A stretch of DNA of 64,000 bases from contig OX597835.1 in NCBI GenBank assembly GCA_951406725.2, positions 42,408,001-42,472,000 on the forward strand. The letters run 5' to 3'. The translations under genes were made by a program, and so were the position numbers. The DNA comes from Octopus vulgaris. Its lineage: Eukaryota. This document shows, one piece after another, positions 25,156-38,518 of the stretch (position 1 is the first letter of the stretch; each line of letters starts with the position of its first letter). The notes under the pieces are model-generated. The model ran no database searches and was not told where the DNA came from. It saw only the letters and a program-made list of their open reading frames with translations.

Positions 25156-25625
25156 TCATGATTTGGTGGATCCACAGAGAAGTCTTATTGTCCAGACGTA
25201 TTTGATCACTCATCAACTTGAATCACTCCAAGATTAACGAAGTAACGTTGATATATCTTGAATCAATTGGGAAATTATTCTTGGAATTGCATTTCCACAG
25301 AAAAACCTATTAGATTTTATATTTCTCAAGAGAAAAATTAACACTTCACAATTCCAGCAACACATTACCTGTTTTCAGGGGGGGAGGCAGTGGGAATGTT
25401 GTTTTTATTTTTAGTTTTTGCATCTGGAAGAAGGGACAGCATCTGTGACGTTTGCTGGCCACACAGACTGGTGTAGTTGATGCTATTGATGCAGTGTTTA
25501 AAGTGTTGCAGGTCAATGCCAACAAGAAAAATGTGAGCAAGAAGACTTCAGAGGGATCAACGGTCTGGGAAGAAGGATTGACAACAGTGGATAGTGCAAA
25601 TGTTCATTTACCAAATTCCAGCCAT

Positions 25626-25663
<38 letters not shown>

Positions 25664-25837
25664 TAATTAAAATTAAGGATAAAATCTATATTTGATTAAT
25701 ATCAGGTAGTCAGCATGTAATAACCAATTAAGGTAAAAAATTAATAGAATATATAATTTTATAAGTATATTTCTATTTTTGTCCTTAACGTGGTTTTATA
25801 AATATACTTATAAAATTCTATATTCTATATATATATA

Positions 25838-27132
25838 TAAGCTATGGACACATAAGAGGTGCAGCAATGTCAAAGGTAGGCTAACTGGGAAGATAGTTTT
25901 TGTATGTGGCAGATGCTCTGGAGCATTGACCTCCGAAAATCTGCAGAAAACAACTTCCGTCACTTTCCGGGGGAAAAACTAGAAGTAGTTGATAGCTTCC
26001 GCTATCTAGGTGACCAAGTCAGTAGTGGGGGCGGGTGCGCTGAAAGTGTAACTGCTAGAATAAGAATAGCCTGGGCAAAGTTTAGGGAGCTCTTACCTCT
26101 GCTGGTGACTAAAGGCCTCTCGCTCAGAGTAAAAGGCAGACTGTATGATGCATGTGTACGAACAGCTATGCTACATGGCAGTGAAACATGGGCCGTGACT
26201 GCTGAGGACATGCGTAAGCTCGTGAGGAACGAAGCCAGTATGCTCCGATGGATGTGTAATGTCAGTGTACTTACTCGACAGAGCGTTAGTACCTTGAGAG
26301 AAATGTTGTACCTAAGAAGCATCAGTTGTTGTGTGCAAGAGAGACGATTGCGCTGGTATGGTCATGTGGCGAGAATGGATGAAGATAGGTGTGTGAGAAA
26401 GTGCCAATCCCTAGCAGTTGAGGGAACCCGTGGAAGAGGTAGACCCAGGAAAACCTGGGACGAAGTGGTGAAGCACGACCTTCGGACGTTAGGTCTCACC
26501 ATGGAAATGACTAGAGACCGAGACCTATGGAAGTATGCTGTGCGTGAGAAGACCCGGCAAGACTAATGAAGCCATAATCCGTGGCCCCTACCTGGGACGT
26601 AGTCAGTCCACCTGTGCATACCTTCCTTCTTGTGACACTTGTGAAGACCTGTTGAGGCAAGTGAAAATCGAATCGAATCAAATCAAATCAAATCGAACCA
26701 AATCAAAGTAGATGAACATCAATGGAATTTGTATCCTTGTGGTACCAGTGCCGGTGGCACATAAGAAAACCATCCGAACGTGATCGTAGCCAGTACCGCA
26801 ACAACTGGCCTCCGTGCTGAGGGCACGTAACAAACACCATCCGAGCATGGCCGTCCGCCAGCCCCGTCTGGCACCTGTGTCGGTGGCACATAAAAAACAC
26901 CATCCGAGCGTGGCCGTCTGCCAGCCTCGTCTGGCACCTGTGTCGGTGGCACATAAAATCACCCACTACACTCTCGGAGTGGTTGGCGTTAGGAAGGGCA
27001 TCCAGCTGTAGAAACACTGCCAGATCTGACTGGCCTGGTGCAGCCTTCGGGCTTGCCAGACCCCAGTTGAACCGTCCAGCCCATGCTAGCATGGAAAGCG
27101 GACGTTAAACGATGATGATGATGATGATGATG
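25838..27132 (+). mobile_element. 5'-truncated RTE-clade LINE (C-terminal ORF 25904..26566, 3' UTR minisatellite, (GAT)n tail)
   Basis: GEKLEVVDSFRYLG, MLHGSETW, RRLRWYGHV, GRGRPRKTW motifs; highly similar to the 41844..44036 protein; frameshift near 25965. Confidence 0.95.
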
Positions 27133-27136
27133 TATA

Positions 27137-27994
27137 CAGGGTGCAATAGGTAAATTGTTACCATTTTATATTTTTAATTTCATGCATGTGCATTGCTTGT
27201 TTTTGATTTTGTCAACTACACAGTGTGGTAGGATCAGTTGGGCACTGTCTGTGAGAAAAACAGCACCATGAAGCAATTCACTCTGCTAGGAATTTGGAAA
27301 CAACATGCTATACTGCTTGGAATTCACACTGGAAAGCTCCAATATGAACATTTCAGAGTGTTTGGGTGTCAATCTGAGGACATATACTGAGAATGATAAA
27401 AATCAAACATCCAGTCAACATCATGGTGTTTGGAGTGATATCTAGCGATGTTATGCCTCCATTCATCTCTCCACACAGCCTCACACTCAACACAGAGCCC
27501 TTCATCAAGTGCCTGGAGGAGATAGTGCTGCCCCAGGTCAAGAGGGAGGCTGCTGGAAGACCCTATGTCTGGCAACAGGACTCTGCACCATACCTCACAA
27601 GCAGGAGAACCCAGTGATGGCTGTCAGACAATTTCTGCAACCACATCACCCCTAACATCTGGCCACCTGACTCCCTACACTGCAACTCCCTTGATTATTA
27701 TATGTGGGAAACAGTTGAGTGAGAGACCAACAAAACTCCTTGTAACACCAAAGATGAACTGAAAGCAAAAATTATGGCAGCATTCACCAAATTAAACAAG
27801 GAGACCGTCCAGAAGAGTTGCAGGAGATTCCAAAGTTGTTTGGAGGCCAATGACGATTTTATTGAATAAATTTACTCTTTAGTATTTCAAGATATTTTTA
27901 TGTGTTTTTGGTGAATATATCTGTTAAAATGAAATGCTAATGTTATTTTTATTTCTGTGTAATTTAGATGACAGAGTTCATTCACCGCATCTTG
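27137..27994 (+). mobile_element. maT/DD37D-type Tc1-mariner element, internally deleted and decayed
   Basis: TA-cagggtgc left end; translates KHPVNIMVFGVISSD, YVWQQDSAP, WPPDS..CNSLDYYMW (compare WPPxSPDLNPLDY). Confidence 0.8.
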
Positions 27995-27999
27995 TTTCA

Positions 28000-28785
28000 G
28001 GCAATACAAAATTCTGGAAATGTTGCACATCTGCAATGGGAGTTGGACACAATACACAGGTGGGCTGATGACAACAACATGCAGTTTAGCAGGAAAATTC
28101 CAGGTCATACATTACCAGCACATAAAGCTAAATGACATGTAGATTACTCTGGCCCAGGAGGAATTGCACTCACTGAATCAAAGTAAATACGTGTTCTGCG
28201 TGTTGACATGAGCATAGCTGCATCTTTTCAAGCATATATTACCAATTTGGTAGCAAAATATAGATGGCTAGCTGGCTGGATCTTCTGAACTTTCAAAACA
28301 AGAGAAAAGGAGACATTGATGGTCCTTTGGGGGACATACATCTTCAGCTGCTTGGACTACTGCTCCCAACTGTGGCCACCACACAATAAAAAATCCATGG
28401 TGGAACTCGAAGCAATCCAATGAAGTTACACTAAGAAAATCGTCTCAACCCAACATATCAGCTACTGGGAAAGACTGAAACAATTAAAACTCTTCTCCCT
28501 AGAATGAAGGTGGGAAAGATATGCAGTGATATACATCTGGAAAATCCTGGAAGGCCCTGTACCAAACTTTGGCATTACTCAAACTGCAGAAGGGGGTGGC
28601 ACTGCATAGTGCCAAAGATTCCGGCATCACCATCAAAATACAAGACCAGATACTACAACAGCTTTGGCTTTAAGGGCCCACAGATCTTCAATATCTTTTC
28701 AAAATGCCTGAGAGACATACATGGTGTGAATAGAAGTGTTTTTAAAACAAAACTGGATCGCTTCCTGTCAAGGGTTCCAGATGTT
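28000..28785 (+). mobile_element. Degraded CR1/L2-clade LINE 3' fragment
   Basis: GWIF*TFKTR, LDYCSQLW, SYWERLKQLKL, FKTKLDRFLSRVPD motifs. Confidence 0.75.
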
Positions 28786-28926
28786 ACTGAGAAATTTATA
28801 GAAAGCAAAAAAAGCTTCTTCAAAGCAAACAACTTTAGACTTGTTTTCAAAGTGAAATCTCCAAGTCCGTCTCTGAGTTCTTGTGAATTGGTGATTGTAT
28901 TTTACATAAAATATTCTTTTCTACTC

Positions 28927-29579
28927 TAGGCACAAGTCCCAAAATTTTTGGGGAGGCAGGTCAGTTGATTAGATTGATCCAGGTATGTAACTGGTACTTT
29001 ACTGATCCCGAAAGGATGAAAGGCAAAGTTGACCTTGGCGGAATTTGAACTCAGAACGTAAAGACAGGGAAAATGCCACTAAGCATTTTTACCTGGCATG
29101 CTAATGTTTCTTATTTCTTTACTACCCACAAGGGGCTACACACAGAGGGCACAAACAAGGACAGACAAATGGATTAAGTCGATTACATCGACCCCAGTGT
29201 GTAACTGGTACTTATTTAATCGACCCCAAAAGGATGACAGGCGAAATCAACCTCGGCGGAATTTAAACTTAGAACGTAGCAACAGCTGAAATACCTATTT
29301 CTTTATTGCCCACAAGGGGCTAAACACAGAGGGGACAAACAAGGACAGACAAAGGGATTAAGTCGATTATATCAACCCCAGTGCGTAACTGGTATTTAAT
29401 TTATCGACCCCGAAAGGATGAAAGGCAAAGTCGACCTCGGCAGAATTTGAACTCACAACGTAACGACAGACGAAATACGGCTATGCATTTTGCCCGGCAT
29501 GCTAACGTTTCTGCCAGCTCGCCGCCTTTGACTAAGCATTTTGCCTGGTGTGCTAACGGTTCTGCCAGCTCACCGCCTT
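28927..29579 (-). mobile_element. Nested/tandem SINE family A array
   Basis: Three central domains with tail/head junctions at about 29111 and 29296. Confidence 0.9.
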
Positions 29580-30892
29580 TACCTAAAACATTATTTCCAT
29601 TTTACTGTTGTTTTATTGCCATTTATTTACAAGTCGTATAAATTTTACAGGTAAAATATTTTTCTGGGAATGAATTACGATTTATAACATTGCTACTATG
29701 GGAAATCATTGCTTTGCTTTACGAGTTTTTGCTTCCAAAGGGATCTCCAGGGACAAATTAACTCATATATCAAGACATTACTGTATTTTCAAAATTAACT
29801 GAAGCAAAACCAGTGTATTTTAACAAAAATATTGTAACTAAGTGGATGAACTATTTTCATACCCGCTTGCCTGAGACTGTCTTCGCTTCTATAAAATAAA
29901 TTTCCTGTTTTAAATGGATTTAAACTAAAACAATCCATCAAAATTCCATGTTAATTTGTGTTCCAAATATAATAATGACAGTTATTTTACAAAATTCTTC
30001 GCTATTTTCAAAATTATTGAAACAATGGCAGAATATTTTGATATAATGGTTCTCAACCCCTTTTTTGCTCCTATAGACCCCTTTCAGTCCTATTTTACTC
30101 GGAAACTGAAAGAAGCCTTGTGGATAGCTTGTCAGACTCTATATGAATATGCAGACGTGAAAAAACGCTCAGAACTCAAGGAATATGAAAAAGCATTACT
30201 GAGTGCAGGTTATTTCCTCTTAATCAGAGGGAGAAAAAAAAATGCTTTATAGACTCAGAGAGGCCTAATGAGTAAATGGGGAGATCCAATTTTCTCGTTA
30301 GTATTGCTTGAAGTGGATACACTTAGAAAACACTTCTTTACACCTGTTTCATGTGCCAGGTGTCTTAAAGTCCTTAAGAATTTTGGTTCTCTACAAAATG
30401 CAGATCTAAATACATACACACACACATGCACACACATACGCATGCACACACAAACACATATAATGCTTGAATCCATAATGTGTAAAAATGGAGCTGCCTT
30501 GCGTTTTTGGTATTACAGCTACATAATTATGCCTTCTTTAGCGATTTTACTGATGAGCTACAGATACCAAATTAATTTATTTGGTCATTAATAGCGAAAC
30601 CCAAGTATAGGATTAACTAATTTTTTATTCACTCTCGTGCTTATTAGCAATATTCCTTAAGAATTCCATTTTTTTTAACTGCCCTTTTTAGCATGTAAGA
30701 AGTCTTGTCAAAGATCTTCTCTCCATGTATATATATATATATATATGATTGGACAAATGAATAGAAAGGAGTTACATGTATTCAAAACAGTGTGATTTGG
30801 CCCCATATCACTTAAAGTTTCACAGGCCTCTAACAGAAGCCTAACTCTTTCTGACTTTACACTACCAGTAATCTAAACTGTTTTAAATAATA

Positions 30893-30960
<68 letters not shown>

Positions 30961-30962
30961 TA

Positions 30963-32252
30963 TTGGAGTTATCCCATAAATAATGCAGTTTTTAAATTCT
31001 ATAAGCTAAAAGTCAGAGGGAGATGGTATAAACTACCTGCATCAACTTGCTATAAAAGCAGGTAGTAATTTTACCTTGTGCTTATTAAGAATAAGCACAA
31101 AGTAATAAGTGCAAGTTTTGAAGAATGCAGTTTGGTTTTAACAGTTATTTTTTCAAAGCTATAATGGAAATGACAAAGGAGCATAGTCAGCATATTTTGC
31201 TTTATGAGTTCAATAAAGGCAACAACTCAACGGAAAATGTGAGGAATATTAATGCAGTGTATGGAGATCGGAAAATAAGCGTAAGCCAGTGTCAATGGTA
31301 GTTTCAGAAATTCCAAGCCAGAAACTACAACCTAGAAGACAAGCCTCATCCTAGAAGATCTGTAGCACTTGATGAGGATGTCCTGGAAATTCTGGTGGAA
31401 CAAATTCCTCCTTGTAACTGTTGAGGAACTAGCAGAGAAGTTTGGATTTGGTCGTTCAATCATTCATTGACACCTGCATGCCATCAGACAGGTCAGCAAA
31501 TTCGGTCAATGGGTTCCTCACAAACTTTCCAAGTCTAATCGCACACAGAGAGTGAATGTGTGATCTTCTTCACTGTTACATCTCACGAATGAACCATTTT
31601 TGGACTGAATAGTGACTGGGGATGAGAAATGGGTTCTCTATAAAAATGTCAAGTGTTGAGGACAGTGGGTAGGGAAAGGAGAAATACTGGCACCCCAGGC
31701 TAAACAAGGTCTTCAACCATGTAAGGAGTTGTTGTCTGTTTGGTGGGATATGAAAGGTTTAGTCTGCTTTGAACATTTAAACCCAAACCAAAGGATAACT
31801 GTGAGTAGCTTGAATGGCTAAAGTCAATGCTAGAATGAAAACGACCATCTTTGGTTTCAAGACGAAATGTGTTCTTCCATCAGGATAATGCTCAGCCACA
31901 TACTGCAATGATGACATTCCATAGGCTGGAGCAGTTTGAATGGGAAATGATGCCCCATTCACCATATTTGCTGGACATTGTCCCATCTAATTATCATTTA
32001 TTCTGCAGTCTTCAAAATCATTTAGATGGAAAAAATAGGAATTCTGTAGACGAAGTCAGAACAATACTGGAGGAGTATTTTTTGTCACGGACAAGAGAAT
32101 TTTGGAAAAGGGGCCTTGCAATTCTACCAGATAGATGGAAGAGCATTGTAGAAAATGATGGAGAGTATATTTTAGATTAAAAATGAACTTATCTTAATTT
32201 GGAAACATATAAGAAGTATAAAAAATCTGCATTATTTATGGGGATCACCCAA
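30963..32252 (+). mobile_element. Full-length (about 1.29 kb) inactive mariner (DD34D) transposon
   Basis: TIR ttgg(a)gttatcccataaataatgcag / ctgcattatttatggggatcacccaa, TA TSD, inserted at the edge of (TA)n. Confidence 0.95.
31164..32180 (+). pseudogene. Mariner transposase pseudogene
   Basis: MEMTKEH..ILLYEF start; WVPHKL, IVTGDEKW, FHQDNAQPH and decayed YSPDLAPSDYHLF motifs; multiple stops and frameshifts. Confidence 0.9.
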
Positions 32253-32564
32253 TATGAGCTTCTTTCAGTTTCTGTCTACCAAATCCACTCACATGGCTTT
32301 GGTCAGCCCAAGGCTAAAGTAGAAGACACTTGGCCAAGGTGCCATGCAGTGGGGTTGAACCTGGAACCATGTGGTTGGGAAGCAAGCTTCTTTCCACACA
32401 GCCATGCTTGTGCCTATATTTTATTAATGCTTTCCTACATTCTGGAAAGATAAAAGGAAGAAAAAAAATTGATGCTTTTGAGATTTGGACGAAGAGCAGG
32501 AAAGACACTTAATATGGAATCTTACATGATATTTAACCCTCATTCTACCCAAGTTAGAAGAGTA

Positions 32565-32990
32565 CCACCACCACCACCACTACCACCACCACCAACACCA
32601 CCACCATCATACATTTAACACTCAGTCTACTCAGATTTCACCCAAATAAAACATTACCACCACTACCACCAACCCCATCACTACCACTACCATCACCAAC
32701 ACCACAGCCACATCCAGCTCCACTACTACCACCAACCCCATCACTACCACCACCAACACTATCACTACCACCACCACCACCACCACCACCACCAATCACC
32801 AACACCATCGCCACCACCACTACTACCACCACCACAACTGCAACCACAACTATCACCATGACCACAACAACGACGCTGATGATAACGACCACCACCACTA
32901 CCACCGCTGTCACAGCGACGACCTCCACCACTGCCACCACCACCACCACCACCACCACTACCACCACCACCATCACCCCCACCAACCTTT
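32565..32990. repeat. Degenerate (ACC)n trinucleotide tract
   Basis: Directly visible. Confidence 0.95.
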
Positions 32991-33177
32991 CACTCTCCTT
33001 CAATTCCAGATGCAACTAACCTTTATACCAGCCTCCCTCTCAGCTCCTTCACCTAAATCCTACCCCCCGCCCCGGGGCTGAGGAATATGATGTACCTGTT
33101 AATAACTGGTTGCTAATTCAATAGCCAACTTTGTAGGATCTAATCCAGTCCCTGCCCCCTCACCCCAACACCGCTCC

Positions 33178-33290
33178 TATATAAAAAGGGACAGGAGGCA
33201 ATTGTTTATTAAATGTCCCCTAGACTGTGTCTGCCAAGATGCTCCAGGTTGCTGCTACCATGGAAACGTAAACGGAAATTCCGGTAAAGG
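33178..33290 (+). promoter_or_regulatory. Candidate promoter island: TATA box, RFX X-box, ETS-like sites
   Basis: tatataaaaaggg 33178-33190; gctaccatggaaac 33254-33267; cggaaattccgg at about 33272-33283. Motif match only. Confidence 0.3.
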
Positions 33291-33316
33291 AAACCTGATC
33301 TGGAGTAATTAAGATA

Positions 33317-33920
33317 ATGGTAATGAAGCTGGGGGTGGGGGGTGATGATGGGGGCGGTGGGGGTGTCGTCGTGATTGTTGTTAGTGGTGGTGGTTATGAT
33401 GATGATGATGATGATGATGATGGAGATTGTGGTGATAATGGTGGTGGTGGTGGTGGTAGTGATGATGATGTGGGTAGTGTTGGTGATGGTTGTGGTTATG
33501 GTGATAATGATGATGACGATGATGATGATGGTGATGGCAATAATTATGATGATGGTGGTGATAGATGATGGTGGTGATAGTAGTTGTGGTGATGATAGTA
33601 GTGGTGGTGGTGGTGATGATGATGATGATGGTGGTGGCAGTGGTGGTGGAGATGGTGATGGGAGTGGCAGAGGCAGTGACAATGCTGCTGCCGATGATGA
33701 TGATGATGATGATGATGATGAAGATGATGATGCTGGTGTCGATGACAACGATGATGATGATGATGATGATGGTGTACATGATGATGATAATTATGATTGC
33801 AGTGATGGAGAAGGTGGTGGTCACAATGGTGGCGATGGCTGTAGTGATGGCGATGGCTGTAGTGGTGGTGGTAGTGGTGGCGGTGGTGACGGTGATGACG
33901 CAGCTCTATTGCAATGATGA
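33317..33920. repeat. Degenerate (GAT/GGT)n trinucleotide tract
   Basis: Directly visible. Confidence 0.95.
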
Positions 33921-34189
33921 CGCTGCTAGGAAACCATATTGAAATCACTCAATGTTAACACATCACACTGTACACTCCCTCTTATTGTCACCTCTTCCTG
34001 ACACTCTCGTCTGAAGTAGCTACTACTACGACCTCCAACATCACCACCACCACTACCACTACTACTACTACAACCACCTGTATGTAATATACTCCAACTG
34101 CTACCCTCTATATAAACTTCCTCCTCCTCCTCCTCCTCACAGCAGTTCTCTGTACATTCTCTTTGTCAATGTAATTTACCTTTCCACTG

Positions 34190-34297
34190 CAGCAGAACAG
34201 TACAGCTGCATCCAGAGCAGCAGCAACAGCAGTAGCAGCTGCATCTAGAGCAGCAGCAGCAGCTGCAGCGGCCGCAGTAGTAGTAGTAGTCGTCATC

Positions 34298-34337
<40 letters not shown>

Positions 34338-34570
34338 AAGCAGTAGTTGTTGTAGTGGTAGTAGTATTAGTAGTAGTAGTAGTAGTAGTAGTAGTAGAAG
34401 CAGTAGTTGTTGTAGTGGTAGCAGTAGTAGTAGTAGTAGCAACAGCAGTAATAGTAGTAGTAGTAGTAGTAGTAGCAACAGCAATAGTCGTAGTAGTAGT
34501 AGTAGTAGTAGTCATAGTAGTAGTAGTAGTCATAGTAGTAGCAATAGCAGCAGCAACAGCAGTAGCAGCA
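34190..34570. repeat. (AGC)n/(AGT)n trinucleotide tract
   Basis: Directly visible. Confidence 0.95.
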
Positions 34571-34890
34571 TCAACGTCATCACATCTCTACACCAATAGT
34601 CTCATGACTATTCTTCTTAACTGACCTTAATACTCCCCTGCCTGTATCCCTAAACAGCCCTTAATACTTCCACTACTCATCCATGGAGCTACATCCACCC
34701 TCAAACACTTCTTTTTCTTTTCTAGCAAGTGCCCTGTCCTTTGCATCAATCTCTCGCACTTGTCCCTTCTCCAAACTGCTCCACACATGCACAATATTCA
34801 CCTCACACAAGATAACATGATGGCCGCAACATTAAATGCATGCTGCATGCACACTCTTACATACACATACATACACACATGCACATCATT

Positions 34891-35204
34891 GGCACTTAGC
34901 CAGTTGGGACGACGAGGGTTCCAGTTGATCCGATCACTGGAACAACCTGCTCGTGAAATTAAAGTGCAAGTGGCTGAGTACTCCGCAGACACGTGTACCC
35001 TTTACATAGTTCTCAGGGAGATTCAGCTTGACACAGAGTGTGACAAGGCTGGCCCTTTGAAATACAGGTACAGCTCATTTTTGCTGGCTGAGTGGACTGG
35101 AGCAATGTGAAATAAAGTGTCTCGCTCAAGGACACAACATGTCGCTGAGAATTGAACTGGTGACCAGGAGCTGAATACCCAAACCACTAAGCCATGCACC
35201 TTCA
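34891..35204 (-). mobile_element. SINE family C
   Basis: Reverse complement of 3571-3895. Confidence 0.8.
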
Positions 35205-35339
35205 CTTATATGCAGATACACACACACATACAATTATATTCACACACATACACAGACACTCATCTGCATACACACACACACACACACACACAGATGAATG
35301 TTGAGTGTGTGTGAGTGGACATGCATGGAAAGGTGTTGC

Positions 35340-36810
35340 TATAGCAACCACCCAGCTTCCTGTAACTCTCTTCTGTTGTTGATCATAGGTTTCTTTTGGT
35401 GTATGAGGATGGCCTCAGAGATTCTAAGGTTGACCCCTGTTCTGCTGTGTTGCCCTGATGTGCACTGTGTTTCTTCATGGAAGGGTCTGCCTACATGTGT
35501 TCCTTAATGCATATATGCAGTTTTCTTGTCCTGCTTCCTATGCAGGATGTGCCACATTTGCTGCAGAGGATCTCATATATTCAATATAGGTCCTCTACCA
35601 CAATTCAGGGTCATTGATGGGGCAGTTTGACCATGTGCACTTCTCAGAATAGTGAGAGGTGTTGTTCTTGGACAGAGTTTTTCTCGAGGAAGTGCCAGTG
35701 TGCACTATCTGTATGTCAAGTCCTTCCCTGCGGACTGTGTGTTGTATTGCTGCAGTAGTTCTGTTGTCAAAGTGTGGTAGCTTTAAGAAGCATGTGCTGG
35801 ACTTGGGAGTATGATGGTTCTTCCGGGGTTTATTGGCCTTGATGTTCTTTAGGTGCTGTTGTTTAGTTAAAGAGGGTGGGTAGCCATTCAGAGTTAGGTC
35901 TGTGAGGAACTGTTTCATGTTGATGGCTTTGTCAGTCATATTGCTGCTATTGTTGTGTATACCTGCAATCTCATTTCTCACATATGCAGCTTTGGCTCTG
36001 GGGGAGTAAAGCCGATTGGATGAAAAGTTTTCTATTAGTGCCTTTTCTGTAGAATTTGGTAAATATAGAGTCTTCCTCTGTGATCTTGAGTTGAAAGTCT
36101 AGTAAAGAAAGGGTTCCGGATTTGTCTGGATGTTCAATCTCAAATTTGATGTTTATGTTGGTGTTATTGAAGGTCCGGTGTATGTTAATGGCCTTATCCG
36201 TAGAGGACGTGATGATAAGGATGTCATCAGCGTACCTGGAGAAGAAGATGCATGAGTGGCAGGTATTGAGTGCTATGTGTTCTAGCTTATCCATGTACGT
36301 GATGGTGAGCAAGCCTGAAAAGCTAGATCCCATAGGTAGGATGGAAGTCTGTTTGTAAATTACGCTGTTATATTGGAAGTAGGTGTTACCAACTATAATG
36401 GTTAGTAACTCTCATATGTCCGAGGGTGTGAGGCTGAAGAGCTGGAGGTTGATGGATGGGGAGGTGAGAGAAGATGAAGTGGAAGATGGGGAGGAGGAGG
36501 TTGCAGGGGAGGGAGGGAGTGATGAGGAGGGAGGTAGGGCAAGGAGAAGTGGGGGAGATAAGGACGTGATGTGCTCTATGAGGATATCAACGGCCACATT
36601 TATATATTCGTTTTGCAAGGTTCTTGATGTGAATTCGTGTGTTGAAACAGATGTTGTTGTATTTGGGGATGGTCATGGTGCCAGTTTAACCAATGAAAAC
36701 CCATTCACTATATATTTGGTGTTCACTTGCTTCAGCTTTATTTTATATTAATTGTATTTTGGCCAGAGTTCTTTCGTCACACTTCTGTGGCCTCATCAGT
36801 GGTCCTTTGC
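35340..36810 (-). mobile_element. Degraded Penelope-like element (RT + GIY-YIG endonuclease, upstream pLTR-like region)
   Basis: MGSSFSGLL, FSRYADDILI, IKFEIE...LSLLD (PLE RT motifs); LNGYP; IYEILCSKCGTSCIGSRTRKLHICIKEH (GIY-YIG) near 35500-35580. Confidence 0.85.
36761..36805 (-). ncRNA. Minimal type I hammerhead ribozyme-like motif
   Basis: ggacca-CTGATGA-ggccacagaagtgtgac-GAAA-g-aa-c-TC|tggcc; core, 2-bp stem III and stem I pairing visible; on the same strand, upstream of the PLE RT. Confidence 0.65.
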
Positions 36811-38114
36811 TTTCTTCTTTCTTTTTTGAGTCTCTCCTTACTAACGATCTGACATTTTGTATAGAAAGTAATATAAAATTATATATAACTCCAAGAAAGT
36901 TAGAGGTTGTGAATCCAACCAACTAAGGGATAATATCTATCCAGTATACTGCTGGTAGAATACCCAATTGTTAATACACAAGTGTTTTTTATTGCATTGC
37001 AATTACATTACCGAGTGTACTAAATGGGTGAAGGTAAAGAGATATTTTACCATTAATTTATAGAGCATATAATACATACGTATTATATGTGTTTTGGAAT
37101 GTAGGATCAGTGTATTAGTTTGTATCGTTACAATTATAAATATAATTATAACAATAATACACAGACTAATTATATTTACATATAGCAACATGTGAGAGCT
37201 CTGTGCCATAAGAGGCACCTATGCCGGTGCCATGTAAAAGTATCTGGCACACTTTGTAAAGTGGTTGGTGTTAGGAAGGGCATTCAGCCACAGAAAAATG
37301 GAGCCTAGGGCAGCTCTCCAGCTGACCATCTCCTGTCAAGCCAGCCATCCCATGCCAGCGTAGAAAACTGATGATGATGATGATGATGATGTTATATAGT
37401 ATGATTATCATGTGATCACATGACTGACCAGGCTATCAGATGTTGTTACACATCGCTGGTCACAATGCGCTTTTGAATTGTCTATGCCTTCAAATGATGC
37501 CACCCTTTTGGCTGGGTGAGCAGGCCAACGTTCCCTCTGATCAAAAGGGAAATGAAGTGTTTTGCTCAAGAACACAACACACCACCCAATCAGGGAATTG
37601 AACCCATGATCTAGGGATTGTGAATGCAACAACCTAACCACCAGGCCACATGCCTTCATTTTCTAATTATATACATTATTCAATTATATACATACTTATA
37701 CATATGTGTGTGTGTGTGTGTGTGTATGCATATGTATAGTCTTTTCCTTTCTTGCTTTTACTTGCTTCAGTCATTTGACTGTGACCATGCTGGAGCACCA
37801 CCTTGAAAGGTCAAACAAATGGACCCCAGGACTTCATTCTTAAGCCTAATACTTATTTTATCAGTGACTTTTGCTGAACTGCCAAGTCATGGGAACATAA
37901 ACACACCAACACTGGTTGTCAAGTGGTGATGGGGGACAAACACAGCCACAAAGGCACACACATAGATATATACATGCATACATAAATACATAAATACATA
38001 CATACATACATAAATACATACATAAATAAATACATACATACACACACACATAAATACATACATACATACATACATACATACATACATACATACATACATA
38101 CATACATACATACA

Positions 38115-38430
38115 TACATGGCTGCCCCCTCGTTATCGAGTATGGCCATTGCACAAAGCTTAACTGTTACTGGTGCTATGATCGAATGTGACTTTTTAGC
38201 CCAGCTAAAGATCTACAATGTCTTGTACAGAATTGGCAACTAAAACCTTTACTGGTAATAGCCGGCTGCAGATGTAACTGGGCTTCATGTACCTTTGCAT
38301 GTCGTTTAAGTCCTCCTGCCGAATTACACTCTCTTCCGCATGCCCAACAGATATGATTAGTATGGTGTGTTACACCACCACCAGTGGCCAGGTTGTCACT
38401 CATCTGTCTCGCTTTATGACTACGAAGATG
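38115..38430 (-). mobile_element. RTE (BovB-like) LINE 3' end with two C2H2-type fingers and (ATGT)n tail
   Basis: CWACGRECNSAGGLKRHAKVH and CQFCTRHCRSLAGLKSHIRS; embedded in (TACA)n. Confidence 0.7.
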
Positions 38431-38518
38431 ACGAATACGTACATACATACATACATACATACATACATACATACATACATACATACATACATACATGCAT
38501 ACATATATACATACATAC

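Noticed and set aside
26745-26960. CRISPR-like array of palindromic repeats (also 41420-41785)
   Set aside because: The spacers are homologous to each other, the array is part of an RTE 3' UTR, the context is eukaryotic and there are no cas genes.
33317-33948. Asp-rich (aspein-like) or His-rich structural protein gene
   Set aside because: The frame shifts within the tract, there is no signal peptide or clear splice structure, and all frames are equally low-complexity; a trinucleotide tract explains it.
38176-38400. Host C2H2 zinc-finger gene
   Set aside because: The finger pattern, short 3' UTR and (ATGT)n tail fit an RTE/BovB-type LINE C-terminus; TGEKP linkers are absent.
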